DNA of 64,000 nt, from the NCBI RefSeq assembly GCF_018977255.1, contig NW_024704742.1, positions 104,162,001 to 104,226,000 on the forward strand. Reading direction: 5' to 3'. The stretch's first letter is position 1. Each line of letters starts with the position of its first letter. Source of the DNA: Callorhinchus milii (taxonomy: Eukaryota). A program made the translations under genes and the position numbers. Positions 50,300 through 64,000 of the stretch are shown one piece after another. The notes below the pieces were generated by a model that saw only the letters and a list, made by a program, of their open reading frames with translations, made no database searches and was not told where the DNA came from.

Positions 50300-50555
50300 G
50301 AAAAGAATCCACTGTGAAAAGAAATGCTTCCTAGTGTTTTTCCTAAAATTGGCTTTCACAACCATGAAGCTGTGATGTCTTACCCGGCTTGCTGCCTTGG
50401 TGTATCGATTGATTTAGGTTCACTTCCTCTATCCTATTTAGAACCTTTTGTAACTCTATAAGATCTCTTCTGAGGTGCCTCTTTTCAAGTCTGAATGGCC
50501 TTAGCTTATCTAATCGTTCCTCACAGCAAATCCCTCTAACATTGGAGATCAACCA
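50300..50555 (-). mobile_element. CR1-type LINE 3' fragment
   Basis: EERLDKLRPFRLEKRHLRRDLIE and RKHFFSQ motifs. Confidence 0.8.
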
Positions 50556-52432
50556 CAAAATAGATCAATCTCAGAGATGTGAGTGTATGACCTGAAACTG
50601 AGGTTGACAGATTGATTGACTCATTGAAATGGAGATTGAAACACTGCAAGTTCAGCTACAATAATGACTACAGTTTTAACATTAATTCAGAGAGCTTCTA
50701 ATTCTGGGAATGTAGCATGTTCTCAGTTTGGTGTCGGCATGATCTGAAGCTGACCGCATACTGTGCAGGAAGCGTTATTATCCTGTGATTGTTCCTTGCA
50801 GCTGAACTGGAAGGAAAACTGTTAACAGAGAATTTCAAGATTGAACCTGTGGGCAGAGGTTAAGGAGGAAATGTTCAGGTGGCAGCACATTAATTTGTCT
50901 GTTTGCTAGGAGTGGAAGATGCCATTTTGGGGTTGAAATTTGAAATTTAGTTGAATTTCTGACAATCCCATTCATGTATTTATTCATAATATCTGATCAA
51001 GAAATGTCGCTGCAAAGTCATGAAATCTACATATTAACAATTATTAGATAGTGGAGCTAACTAGAGAAACAGTGTGTTTGAAGACAGGTTTGTGTTGACT
51101 GGATCTACCCCAGAATTTAAACATCCTGGAATTAGGATGGGCAAAATAAGCCCTTGCAAGGTAAAAGGGAAAAGAATACTTGTTCTCAGAAGTAGAACAG
51201 TACACTCATAATACAATGTTTTTGTCCATTATAAATGGTTACAGCAGTAAATCAATGACTTTTACATGCATTGCCAAAGACTACAATTAACTGTTAGTAC
51301 AATTGCATCATTATCTGACCTGGAAAGAGCATCTCTGGGAATTTATTCTTTTTGTGAATAGTGAATGCGTATTTTTGAAATGGTATAATGTAAACCACAT
51401 GCCTCATTGCTATGTTAATGAATAGAGGACCCACAAGATAAAAGGGAATCACCTGGGGCAGATAATTCCACAAGCTTTTCAACTACCAAACGTCCCATTG
51501 CACTGCCAAGTTGTGGCACAGGTGTGTCTCAAAGAAGAAATGGGAAAGAATAAACAACGTGACAATGCACCAACCATGGCTGTAGGGGTTTAGCTTTCTT
51601 CTGACAAGTAATAAATCTACCTTTTATAAATTGTGCACGAGTACTTTTGGGTATTAGAGTTGAGAGCTTAATTTCCATCATGTGTCTGCACTGAGGTCAA
51701 TAGGTCAAGTGGCTCGCTTCCCAGGAGTAGGTATTTGAATTTAGATGAATGTATATCTTATTTTCTTGCTGACAGAAATCTTTTCCACTGGCACATGATT
51801 CAATGTTTGTCATGTGCTTAGCAGTGGGTAGAATTCTCCAGAAAATCCAGCCTCATCACTTAATCTTCCATAACTTAGAGAATTTAATTATCTCCACAAA
51901 AAGTACAACAACAATTATATATTTATATATTGCTTTTCAGGTTAGGAGAACATCCCAAGGCACTGAAAGTATCATGGTTCATATGAAGAAGATCCTTTGG
52001 CCAATTTGATCTCATTCTTCAAAAATACGCGCCCTACCAACTTCCAGTTTCCACTGATCTCTTATATTCCAGTGTTTCCTGATGGATAAATGATTAAAGT
52101 ACTGAGACTTTCACTATAAGCAGAATGTTAGTCATTCATCTCATTGGCAGTTTGCGGAACAAGGCTATTAAATGAATCACAATGCTGGTATTTTTTCACT
52201 ATAAATGGAGTTTCACGTACCTAAATATACCAGTTTGTTGTTTTGTACTTAATCTGGAAGTGCTGCATGGTCGCAGTTGATGATAGCTGTTAAGAGGCAA
52301 CCCCTGGTCTGTAAGTGAATGATGATGACACCTAAACAGTTTTGTCATCACTTTCAGTCTAGCCATTGCACAGTTGATGTGAGAGCATCCTGTGGTCTTC
52401 CTCTACTCCCCCTCCCCCCCCCTCCCCTCACC

Positions 52433-52463
<31 letters not shown>

Positions 52464-53043
52464 ACACACATACCCGGCCAGTTCACTAAATGCTAAAGAG
52501 TAATCTGCATGAATTAAAGTAAAAGGAAAAATGTCCCAGGTTGAATCTTCCTGACTTCGGGCACTATCGTTGGCCTCCAGTAACTTTATTTTGCTACAAG
52601 TTCATTTTCATGTGGGCTCCAGCAGTGGGCAGATACTTGTGAAACATTCTGATTGTGTGAGAGGAAAACCAGATTGGGAACGATAATTGTAAAAGTAAAT
52701 TGTGTAACTGTACCTGGAGCAACATGCCATTAACACTTGGGTGCTGCTCTTCATAGCATCACATCCCCATTCTAAACAAGGCTTGAAATAGCTGGAATTC
52801 AGATAGCCTACGCACACCTAAATCACACCCAGAGTGAGCAAGTTATGACAATATCAGCCAAGACTGACTGTGATAATTTTCTTTCCACAGTAAATGTTAA
52901 TTAAATCACTTCCATTTGAAATGAGCAACAAGAACATTGTTGCTCTCATGTGGGCTACAAACCAGATTAGACTCTGTGCTGAAGATAATATTTGAGAATG
53001 CTAACTCATAAAGACAAGTTATTGCAGAATTTCAAACAGTGCA

Positions 53044-53195
53044 CATAGAATAGAATCATAGAGTTATACAGCACAGAAGGCCATTCGGCCCATCGTGTCT
53101 GTGTCGGCTCTTTGAAACGCACTACCCAAATCAATCCCACTCCCCCGATCTCTTCCTATAGCCCTGCAAACATAGAGAATCATAAAATTATACAT
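53044..53195 (-). mobile_element. CR1-type 3' tail
   Basis: CATAGAATAGAATCATAGA...GAAGGCCATTCGGCCC, the reverse of a GGGCCGAATGGCCT...ATTCTATG tail. Similar tails near 3440-3560(+), 22115-22215(-), 32735-32900(+), 60030-60340(+) and 60970-61317(+). Confidence 0.75.
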
Positions 53196-53519
53196 CTTTC
53201 AGGCTATAAATTTCTAGTGCCTGAAGGAAGATCTTTTGTTGCTGTAGTAGCATACACGATTGATTGAGACATCTAATTTCCCTGTTAATCATTAATGATT
53301 CTCTGGATTGACATTAGCATGCAAAGCTTTTGAGTCCTGTTTGTAGGACTGGAGTAAATTGGGTGTGGAGCCAAACTCAGATGTAATTGGAAATGTGAAC
53401 CAGACCCATCATTCATATTGAAACAGAAGAGAGTGACAGGGTATTGCTCCAGAGGTGGTTTCCTGCTGCCATCATTCAGGTACCATAAGCATTTAAAACT
53501 GTGAATCTTAGGCTTTAAT

Positions 53520-54483
53520 ATATGCGGATGACACCCAACTCTATCTCTCTGCCTCCATCCTTGACTCCAGGACCACTGCTGTCCTGACAGAATGTCTGTC
53601 AGACATTAAGTCCTGGATGAGAGCTAACTTTCTACAGTCGAACGTCAACAAGACCGAGACTCTCCTGATTGGCTCCCGTCAGCGCCTCCACACCTCAGGC
53701 GCTGACAGTATCACCATCCATGGTGCACACTCCACCTTACTAATCCAGTCCGGAACCTTGGGGTCTTGTTTGACCCTCAGCTATCCTTTCTACCCCACAT
53801 CTGCACCATGACACACTCTGTCTTCCCCCACCTCCGCAACATCACCCGGCTCCGACACTGTCTCACACCACAGGCCGCCAAAACCCTCATGCACTCCTTC
53901 ATTATATCGAGGCTCGACTCTGCAAACTCACTGCTTTTCGGCCTCCCCAGCTCCTCCCTCCACAGGCTGCAGACCATCCAGAACTCTGCAGCCCATGTTC
54001 TCTCCCGCACCAGGCTCCACGACCCTATCACCCCCATCTTCGCCCGACTCCACTGGCTTCCCATCACACAGAGGATACAGTTCAAGATCCTGATCCTCAC
54101 CTTCAAAGCTCTCCACTGTCTTTCTCCCCCCTACTTCTCCGACCTCCTTCGTTCCCTCCGCTCAGCGGGCTCTGGCCTGCTTCACGACCCCCGCCCCGTC
54201 TCGCTCGTCCCACTGTCGGCGGGCGAGCCTTCCTCCATTCTGCACCCACCTTCTGGAATTCCATCCCGCAGTACCTCCATCTCGCCCCCTCCCTCGCCAT
54301 CTTCAAGACCCACCCCAAGACTCTCTTATTCGACTGTGCTTTCGATCTCCCTGCCTCCCCGCTGCTCTCCACTCTCCCCCACCACCCAACCCTCAGCTCG
54401 GGCCCGTAACTAAGTCTGGCCAGCGCCTTGGGATGTCCTCCTGATGTGAAGGGCGCTATACAAAAGTAATTTTGTAGTTGTTG
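53520..54483 (+). mobile_element. 5'-truncated L2 LINE
   Basis: Starts at YADDTQLY, followed by SRLDSANSLL and RLHWLPITQRIQFK; L2 tail; candidate TSD TTTAAT at 53514 and 54484. Confidence 0.95.
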
Positions 54484-54682
54484 TTTAATGACAATTCAGG
54501 TAAAATAATAAGAGTGACAATGATAGAGAAATAATTGGACCAATTTCTAAAATTCTCCACAGAGTGAAAATTTAAGCTGTGTGATCAAACGTTGCATAAG
54601 ATGGAGCACTATTAAATGGGAGGATATTTGATAACCTTCCACTCTGTGTTTCCCTCCTCTTCCTGTGGAACGTGCTTGCTCT

Positions 54683-55015
54683 GTGGAGTCCTGTAGCTCA
54701 GTGGTTAGAGCACTCGCTTTGCAAGTGAGAGACCTGAGTTCAATTCCAGGCAGGGCGAAACCTTGGGCAAGTTTCCTTACTCCACACGCCTAATAATAAT
54801 CCCTCCAAAAAACCAAAAACAATAATTAAATTGGTCATTTTCAATCTACGACTGTTTGTGGGACATTGCTGTGCGCAATTGGCTGCCGCGTTCGCCCACA
54901 AATATACAGTCAATTCACTTTACAGTGTGTTCTGTGAAGCGCTTTGGGACGTCCTCCTGAGGTGAAAAGCGCTATATCAAATGCAAGGATTATTATTATT
55001 ATTATTATTATTATT
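54683..55015 (+). mobile_element. Full-length SINE family A (short form)
   Basis: tRNA-like head with A/B boxes, body, L2-like tail and (ATT)n. Confidence 0.95.
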
Positions 55016-55116
55016 GCTTAAAGTAACTGCCCACCCCTTGTGGAGAACTTAATTCAAATAATGTAACGATACCAACATTGGCAAGAATTAATTAGAATTT
55101 TAACTAAAACTCATTG

Positions 55117-56459
55117 CAACAACAACAACTAGATTTCATTTATAGAGCGCCTTTCACGTCGGGAGGACGTCCCAAGGCGCTGGACAGTTGGGTCGGGACC
55201 CGCACAGGGGGGAAATGGTCAGGGTGAGGGAAGGGAAGGAGGGAGGAGGGGGTAGAGAGTCGAGAGGGGAGCTGAAGGCACGGTCGAAGAGAAAGGTCTT
55301 GAGACCGGCCTTGAAGGAGGAAAGGGAGGAGGCGGCGAAGGTACTGGGGGATAGAGTTCCAGAGCTATGGGGCTGAGAGGCTGAAGGCTCGGCCACCGTT
55401 GGTAGGGCGGTTAGAGCGGGGGATGTGGAGCAGACCGGAGCCAGAGGAACGGAGGGTACGGGCAGGTAGAAAGGGGGATAGTAGGTCGGAGAGGTAGGAG
55501 GGAGCAAGGCCGTGAATGGCCTTGTAGGTGAGGATGAGGATCTTGAATTCGATCCTCTGGGGGATGGTGAGCCAGTGGAGGCGAGCGAGGGTGGGAGTGA
55601 TGTGGTCGCGAAGCCTGGTGCGGGACAGTACACGAGCTGCAGAGTTCTGAATGACCTGCAGCTTGTGGAGGGAGGTGCCGGGAAGGCCGGCGAGGAGAGA
55701 GTTCCCGTAGTCCAGCCTTGAGGTGATAAAGGCGTAGACCAGTGTTTCAGCAGCGTGAGGGGTGAGGTAGTTCTGTAATCTGGCGATGTTTCGGAGGTGA
55801 TGGAAGGCGGTGCCAGTTGTGCTGTGGATGTGAGGAAGAAAGCACAGCTCAGGGTCGAACAGAACCCCGAGGTTCCTGACCGGCTTTGAGAGGTGGAGAG
55901 TGCAGCCTTGGATGCTGATGCTGTCAGCGCCTGAGGTGCGGAGGCGCTGACGTGAGCCAATCAGGAGGGCCTCAGTTTTGCGCACGTTGAGCTGAAGAAA
56001 GTTGTCTCTCGTCCAGGACTCGATGTCGGACAGGCAGCTGTCAGGACATCGGTGGTCGTGGAGTTGAGGGTAGAAGAGAAAAGGTAGAGTTGGGTGTCAT
56101 CCGCATACATGTGGAAGTTAACCCCATGTCTGCGGATGATGTCCCCAGGGGGAGCATGTAGAGGGTGAAGAGGAGGGGACCGAGGACAGAGCCCTGAGGG
56201 ACACCACACGAGACAGTGTGGGTTCTGGAGGAAAAAACGTTTGTGGAAACAAAATGAAGACGGTGGGAGAGGTATGACCTAAACCACTCAAGGACAGGGC
56301 CTTGAAGGTTGAGGTGGGAGGACAAGTGGTGGAGGAGAATAGCGTGGTCGATCGTATCGAATGCGGCCGATAGGTCGAGGAGGACGAGGAGGCAGATGGA
56401 GCCCTGGTCGCAGATGGTCAAGATGTCATTAGTGACCTTGACCAGGGCGGTTACAGTGG
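55117..56459 (-). mobile_element. 5'-truncated L2-clade LINE, second subfamily, about 1.3 kb
   Basis: [44 protein letters not shown] and LHWL motifs across frames; tail GCGCTCTATAAATG...(TTG)n. Confidence 0.95.
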
Positions 56460-59400
56460 AACATCACAAAGCACTTCACAAGTAATTACTGTCATGTAGT
56501 GACTGTTCTTTGTAGGTGAGTGCAGTCGTTTGTGTTACCAAAGTCTTCAAACAGGCTTGAGATGTATGATCAGTTTATCTGGAAGATTGTTGGCCAGGTC
56601 ACTGGAAGAGACTCCTTTCTCTTTTCGAGTCATTGGATCTTTCGCATCTAATGATCCCGGTAGATGGGATCTCATTCACCTCACGGCTGTTTATGGACCT
56701 TGGAGTGTACACATTGGCTGCCATATTTGTCTACTAAAACAGTCACTACATCTGACAACAGTTACGATGAAAGTGCTTTAAGTTGTTTGAACGTTATAGG
56801 CACTATAAAAATAAAGTTCTTCTTTCAAATATCAAAGATATAAGATAAACTGTGATCTTAAGGAAAGTATTACAAACTTTGCTGTGTGACAAAAATCTAA
56901 AAGTATTTGTCTGGAGTGTCGTCTACCCATATTTAAGTGCTTTTAAGTTTAAAAAGGTATTTAGAAAAAAAACTCATCTCTTTTGGTTGTTAGGATTCTG
57001 TCTGTAATTTATTTTTGGCAAACATCCAAAAATATATGTTCAGAAATGTCTGGGAATGCAGCTGCCTATCAATGAGTCAGTCTCGGACAGGTTTGATGTC
57101 TTCTGAAAAGTATTAATCTGGTAATATTTGAGTATTCCTTTGTGCATGCTTTGAGGTCCACCAGTAAATGAAAAACATATCTCACAAGCAGATAACAAAG
57201 TTCTTTTGTAAAGTGGCATAAGAGCGTCAGCTGTCTCAGTTGGCATAAGAAGGGTATGGATTCAAGCCACACTTCCCCACTTGGAATTTGTAGTCCAGGT
57301 TGTCACTCCAATGCAGTTGCATCGTCAGAGGTACAGTCCTTCGGAGGAGATGTTAAACTGTGATCTGCCTTTTCAGGTGGAAGTTAAAGATCCTATGGTA
57401 CTACTCAAAAAGAGAAGGGAGTTTCTCCTGGTGTCCGAGGAAACAATCACCAAGCAAAAATTGGAAATGGCTGTTTCCTGCCACATTCATCTGTGAATGT
57501 GATCAAATACCTCCTAACCCCATATCAGCCTGTCCGTTCCCTCCATCCTCCACCCCCAGCCCACCTCACCCTTGCCCTCCAACTCTCCTGATCCCAACTC
57601 CTAGCTCGGATCCAAAAATCCTGAGTGGCCAACACCCTGGGACGGCTTTCCAATGTGAAGGACTCTATACAAGTGTAATTTGATGTTGTTGTAAATATAG
57701 ATAAATACACACTTCGTAGTAAATCCTGTAAAACTCTTTGAAACGTCCTTCTGATGTGAAAGATGTCATACCAAATGGAAGAATTATTATTATCCCTATA
57801 AACGAAGAGCAGGCAGCATGTTGGGATTTATAACTAGGTACTGGGATCCTGACTGCAATCACTGCAGCAGTTACTAATAAAATATAATCTAAAGCAAACT
57901 GAATCCAATTTTTAACTCTATTCTCTCAAGCCAATCGGGTTGCAGTATTTCATTTGTTTGAAGATGGTGTCGAAATCTAAAGCCTTGATATCTGCTTGCC
58001 ATTAGAAAGCAGCACTTTTATGTTTAAAGGAAAGTACTAAGGAAAATTTCAAAATAAGGTATTAGGGTTACAAAAAAAGGAAGATTTATATAGCAGTAAG
58101 CGATTGGCAATGTAATAACCTTCAATGGTACAAACCTTTCAGTAAGATTCTCTCACTGACATTTTTCACACCATTTGAATGTTTTGCCCCAAATCTATTA
58201 TAAAGGAGGATTTCTCATGACTATCAATGAACAGTGTGTAATCCTGTCCATATATCAGCCTCTGAGGAGTGCATGTGAAGATTTGCATTTTGTTTTATAT
58301 TTATTGTTGCAGACAGTTACATTTTCCCCTTTTTATATTGTCTCTTTATCCACCTGGTCGTCAGCAAGGCAGAAGAGAAAAATCTCAACACATTCAAGAG
58401 GGAATTCAGTAGCTATTTGGCAAAAAATTCAATTTGATGGGAATACGAGAGAAGTGTAGCTTTTACTTTAGGAACTGAGGTACTATATCGGCGGTGAGAT
58501 GCAAGAATGCAAGATATGAGACTTGTTATAGCTGCAATCAGAATGGCAATCCCTCAGCAATTAGGTGAGGAGTTTCTGCTTGAATTATATGTTAAATGTA
58601 AAAGCTGCCACAGGAAGAGCAGAGCTGTTGAACTGCAGTAAATGGTTGCTTCCTTTATGAAAGGATAACCTTCTCAGAGCCAAAAAGAGAAAACCATTAT
58701 GTCTCTTCAACAAAATGGCTTTATGTTGAGCGCCACATATTGTATTGCAAATTCCAGAGGTTTGTGTGAAAGTTAAAAATCTTTAATGTGACCGAAGCAA
58801 CGCTGGTCAGAAAAGAAAGAGAAAACTAAGAGCTCTCTGGAATTAAAGATTTTCATTTTACAGCTAGGGTTGATTTACTTGTTAAGATAAGCATTACCTT
58901 TTGCATACTTAGTCTTGTCAAGTTTAAACAGCCACCTTGCATTATGCACCATGGAATGCTTGGATGTACTTTCAACCAGTATTTGCCTTTTAACTCGAGT
59001 AGGTGTCTCCTCACTGTCTGTGTCTGCTGTAGAACATCCAGGCACTCACACTGGCTCTCTGCAAGACAGGCTGATATTAATGGCTGATGTTGTCTTGGTG
59101 AAAACATGTCTGGTAATTTTTCTTCACTTGTTTACAATAACAAGATCTGGCCAAGATGCATCTTCACTTGTTATATCGTTGTGATATAAATAGGACAATT
59201 ATTGCAACTGTTCTTGGCACTTTGGGATGTTATCCTGCATGAGGGAGGCTATATCAATGCAAGTTGTTGTTCTTCTTTCCTCTCTCTTTACAAATCTAAA
59301 AAAAATTATAAATTCTGCATGGGCCTAGATTTGCTTTAAATCACACAGACTAAGCTGACACACCAATGTAGTGCTGAGGGTGTTGTATTGCCGGAGGTGC

Positions 59401-62375
59401 CATCCTTCAGATGAGAGTTTAAACTGAGGTCCTGTCTGCTTGTTCGAGTGGACATTAGAGATCCTACGGCACTATTCGAAAAGAGAATGGAGTTTCTCCC
59501 GGTGTCCTGGCCAACAACCCCCCAAGTAATATTGGTCATTCATCTCCATGGCTGTGCTGTAACTGGCTACCGTGTTTCGCCCACGAAATACACATACAAT
59601 CTACTTTACTGCATATCCTGGAAATGCTTTGAGATGTCTCGACGACATGAGGACGTAACATTTCAGAGCATGCAGAATTTTGCAAATTATTCAATTCAGT
59701 TTAAACTGTAAGTCTATTTTCAATTAACACAGAAAAACAGCTTCAAAATTAAAAACTATTTTAGCAATTTGACAAATTTTGCACGCTCTAAAATATTATG
59801 TTGATAAAGTAAATCTAGACCTAGGTGGAATTTCAACAACAGCAACAACTTGCATTTATATAGCACTCTTCATGCAGAGCAGCTTCTTGGAGTGCTTGTG
59901 AATACAAAACATTTTTTGAAGCCAGTGTACCTTTAAATCTATTCTCATGGTAAGACGGGAATTGGAGACTAGTAATAGGGTCAGATCATTGCTCTGGTAC
60001 TTTTTCCAGAGGTGCTTTAAGGAGATTTTTAAAGAGCTCTTCGGATTTTGCAGGTGGCTGCACAGCTGGTGTGAATGGTTTGCTGTCTCTAGGCTGTGGT
60101 TTCAGAAAGCATATCTTCACACAATGAGCTGTGAGACTGTGGAATGCACTGCCTCAAGATCATAGCTTCAGAATGGAACAAGATATTTAAAATGGAGATG
60201 GATAGATTGTGGAAAATAAGGGTATTATAAGGAGTATGGAGTAAAAACGGAGAGGCGGGATTAAATGATTTGCTATGATCTTGTAAAACAGTGGAACAGG
60301 CTTGACTCAACATGATGACCATCCTCCTTGTGTTCCTTTGATCATATATTTACTGCTAAAATATTCTCTTCCACCCGGTGATGGCAACGCTAACCTTTAT
60401 GGTGGGCCAACAGAATACATTTTTTTGATTGAATATTTCTTGATTCAGGCCATAAATTCACATCCCCACTCAATCCCAAAAATTTATGCCATAAATCAAG
60501 AAATATTCGATCAAGAAGGAGCTGAACACACATTAGTGATTGAACACAGACTGACCTAAATTCGTACGAATGTTCAAGAGGCGGGAGGGAGGTACTTCCT
60601 GACAGCCCTACAGGCCACAGATTGGCAACTATTAGTCTGAAACACCAGGGGAGGAGGGAAGGAGAAGAAGGAGTGGTTTAGTTGCAAAACGTACCACCTG
60701 GTGTGCAATTGATGAAGGTCCCAGGTTCAAAATTAATTGTGCTGAGAAAGCAAATATTTGCTGGGATGGTGATGGGTGTTTGTAATTGGCATTGGTGCTG
60801 TTGGGATAAAACAATGAAAGTTCCTGCTCCTGATGCCTTCTCAGGGGAAATGTGTAAAGATTGAGCGAAGGCACCATTGGATTTGATTGTGATCTATCTC
60901 CTGCCCTCTCATGATTGAATAGCCTACTGACCCTCTTTGTCGTTCTCATGTCTGATTAAAAATCACCTGGGTGAAGTGTAGGAAGGACTTCAGCACCTGT
61001 AAAACTTTAGATAAAGTATAGGTACAGACAATTTTGGAGTCCATAGGATGGACATGGGTTCAGGGGAGGGGGATGTGAATGTTCTCTGTGGATGTTGACT
61101 GGCTTGGGTTGAATAATAGGGGTCTGGAATTGGATAGGTAACAACAGATCCTATCCAATTGTGTGTTCAGCTGAGATCGATAGATTTTTAAAAACTGAAG
61201 GGCTATGCGGATAGGGCGGGGCAATGGAATTAGGTTAGTAGATCAGCCATGATCTTATTAAATGGCAGGGCAGGCTTGAAGGGCTGAATGGCCTACTCCT
61301 GCTCCTATTTCTTATGTTAACAAGTATATTCTGATGTTCTTCTTTTACATTATGGTGCTGGAGCGAGCTGAAGCACAGGCACTGGGTATTTGAGTATTTG
61401 TGCAGCTTTTACAGTTGTGAATCCGAGGGGTGGGGGTTGAATTTTCATTTTGCAAACATGTAGCAATGTTTAGCCCATAAAATATACAATCAATTCACTT
61501 TACGGTAAAGCCTGTGAAACGCTTTGCAACAACTCGAAGACATGATAAGGCGCTATGTCAAATACAAGGATTATTATTATGTATGTTGTCATATCCTTTG
61601 GGAAGGGAGTATTGATCAATAACAAACTAATGATGACAGAGGCCATAAAACAGGCCTGAATATCAGGTGACTTTGGTTTTCTCGACTGTTCCACTGTTAT
61701 TCAGCTAGTGGTGATCTGTGAAAAAGAGCTATTGTAAAGGCTCTGGACCTGCCTTCACTGGCAAACTCTCAAGGAAAAGGAGACATCAATAGACAGAGGT
61801 GGGGTGCATATTACAGGAGATTGCAAATGTGGAAGGAATGAGTTTGATGAACTGAATGCTCTGCCCTTGTTTGCTACTTTGTGAGGTGTGTATGACTCAT
61901 GCCTTCAGGAGAGGAAACAATAAAATTGGAGGAGTGAGAGGGGAGCTAAATTACACTTTTCCAGAGTTCAGTATTTCAGTGCTATCTGTTACTTTTCTGT
62001 AAACTAGCGTTTAGTGTGTTCCTTCTCTGGACCAAGCATGACATTCCCCCTTTTCTTGTTGACACTGGTGTATTTACAGTCAAAGAGCACTTGAATAAAA
62101 TGTCCTGAAACCATTAAACCCCCTCCTCAGCCCTGACATTAGGCATTCTCATTTGAACAGATCATTTACCTTTTAATTGCTGCCTCCCTGGGCAGTGAGG
62201 CCTGCAACACATGGTGTCTGCTTGCACATTAAAACCCAAGGTGGTTCCATGCAATATCTTCATTTTTAAAACTGCAAAATAAAAGATACATTTTTACTTG
62301 TACGGTGTAATTGTACTGTTCAGAGCACTCTTAATTTTTGGCTCTACCTGTAAAACAATTTTTCTTTTACTCTCA

Positions 62376-62816
62376 GTAATAATCCTTACATTCGATATTA
62401 CGTTAGAGGACATCTCGCAGTGCTTCAGGGGATTCAGTGTGAGGTTTAGTGACGGTGTATTTTGTAGGCAAACACTGCAGCCAGTTTGCACGCTGCAATG
62501 CTCCTCAAAGAACCAAATAGTTCACAGTAAATGAGCTGTAAATTTTATCTGGAGGGTTGTTGGTCAGGACACTGTGATAAACTGCCTTTTCTTTTCAAAT
62601 AGCCCCTTGGGATCTTAAACGCCTATCTGCATAGGCAGACGGAATCTCGGGTTATAGTCTCCTTTGAAGGTCACCACCTCCAACATTGCTGCGCCCCCCA
62701 GCACTGCACTGGAGTGCTAACATATACTAAGAGCTCAAAGTCACAAGGTGTGGTTTTGAACCCCCAATCTTCTGACTCAGAGGCGAGAGTGATACCAACT
62801 GATCCAAGCTGCCACC
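62376..62816 (-). mobile_element. DeuSINE-like family B, full length
   Basis: Reverse-complement match to 44888-45305, including head and tail. Confidence 0.85.
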
Positions 62817-64000
62817 AATCAAAGATTCAGAAATGTGCAGCTATATTTGTTAGTCTGATTCACACAGTCTGCAAATAATAGCAATGGCGAAATGCATTTA
62901 ACACTGGCACCCATCCTGATATAGCCATGACCCTGCCTTTGGATCCAGCTTTAATGGTAGTTTTCCACCACTGACACTGAACAAGGAATTAGATTTGTAA
63001 TGTTGCTAATTACTTATTCCAGCCGTTGCTTGGGTGGAAATACCTTCATACCGACCCGGCTGTCTAGCCCATTCATTCATCCATTCATGTAGTCATCTCC
63101 TTTCTGTAAACAATACAATAAGTGTTGTCTCTCAGTCCAGCCTGGGGTTCTATCGTTGGCAGAAAGAACTCCAGCCCGTACTCCACTAATAGGAGGTTGC
63201 GCAAGTTCAATTGCCACTAATATCGTGCCTATAGTGTCGAAACATCTCAATGCACTTCCAACCTGATAGCTGAAATGTATAGGGACTGGTGTATTTATAA
63301 GCAAAGGTGGTGGCCAATTTAAGTACAACATGATCACACAATTAACCATGAAGTTAAAAAAACATTAAAACATACTCCTTTGTTTTGTAGGATCCCAGTT
63401 GTTAGTCAATTGGCGGATCACTTTTCCGGAGGTAATAATCCCTTTACAAAAATAATAATAATTTGGTCATTCAATCCACGACTGTTTGTGGAACATTGCT
63501 GGGTGCAATCAGGCTGAAGGAGTGTCAACACGTCAATTACTTTTACAGTATATTCCATGAAGTGTTTTGAGACGTCTCAACAAAGTGATAAGGTGCATAT
63601 CAAATGCAAGGATTATTATTATTAAATGAATGAACAATTTATCTGGAGGATTGTTGGCCAGGACATAGGGAGAGACTTCATTCTCTTTTCAAGCAGCAAC
63701 ATAGGTCCTTTAACAATCATCTAATTAGGCAGATAGGACATTGGTTTATCACCTCATCCATAATCGGGACTTGAACCCACAATCATCTGATCCAGAGGTG
63801 AGAGCACTGTAATCTGAGTCAATTTGACAGACAACCCTTTCTTGTAGGTGTGCAGGGTTGCCAGTTACAGGGGGAAGAGCACACTCACTTCATTTCATTA
63901 TCCTATAGAACCATCAGGAAACATTGCTCCATTACACTTGATATCAGAATTGTGGAAGAGTATTTGCTGGAATCATACAGAACTTCAAACCGAAACTCAG

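Larger units (their letters stand above)
9500..64000 (+). other. EPB41L4A: Intron following EPB41L4A coding exon 1 (probably runs beyond the window)
   Basis: Begins with GTGAGT. No sequence encoding the expected continuation (KSTKGSVVLD...DYFGLRYCD) was seen by eye; region is repeat-rich. Confidence 0.7.

Noticed and set aside
54683..54760. tRNA-Ala(TGC) gene (also at about 845-918, 3220-3294 and 11740-11815)
   Set aside because: These are SINE heads: poor acceptor stem, no poly-T terminator at the tRNA end, and each continues into the SINE body.
63890..64000. Possible EPB41L4A exon 2 after TCCTATAG near the window end
   Set aside because: Sequence does not encode the expected KSTKGSVVLD...DYFGL peptide.

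Overview
Eukaryotic (vertebrate) genomic DNA. The repeat content suggests a cartilaginous fish, possibly a chimaera such as Callorhinchus; this is inference only. The only gene sequence I can recognise is the first coding exon of EPB41L4A (FERM-domain band 4.1-like 4A) at 9401-9499 (+), [33 protein letters not shown], ending at a GTGAGT donor. It is too short for the ORF track. Upstream lies about 4.8 kb of stacked simple repeats: a TG satellite, a C-rich minisatellite and a GGT/GCT/GTC trinucleotide array. The remaining 54 kb appears to be intron 1 (exon 2 was not found by eye). It is filled with L2 and CR1 LINE fragments, at least two tRNA-derived SINE families with L2-type tails, a TA-flanked DNA-transposon relic and an unclassified old repeat family. 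Almost all long ORFs in the track are repeat artefacts or decayed reverse-transcriptase pieces. I found no convincing new multi-gene system. The most unusual items are an L2(-)/SINE(+) tail-out compound insertion bracketed by one target-site duplication, the repeat-built promoter/leader region, and the unclassified repeat family. All alignments were done by eye, and boundaries of degenerate repeats are approximate.
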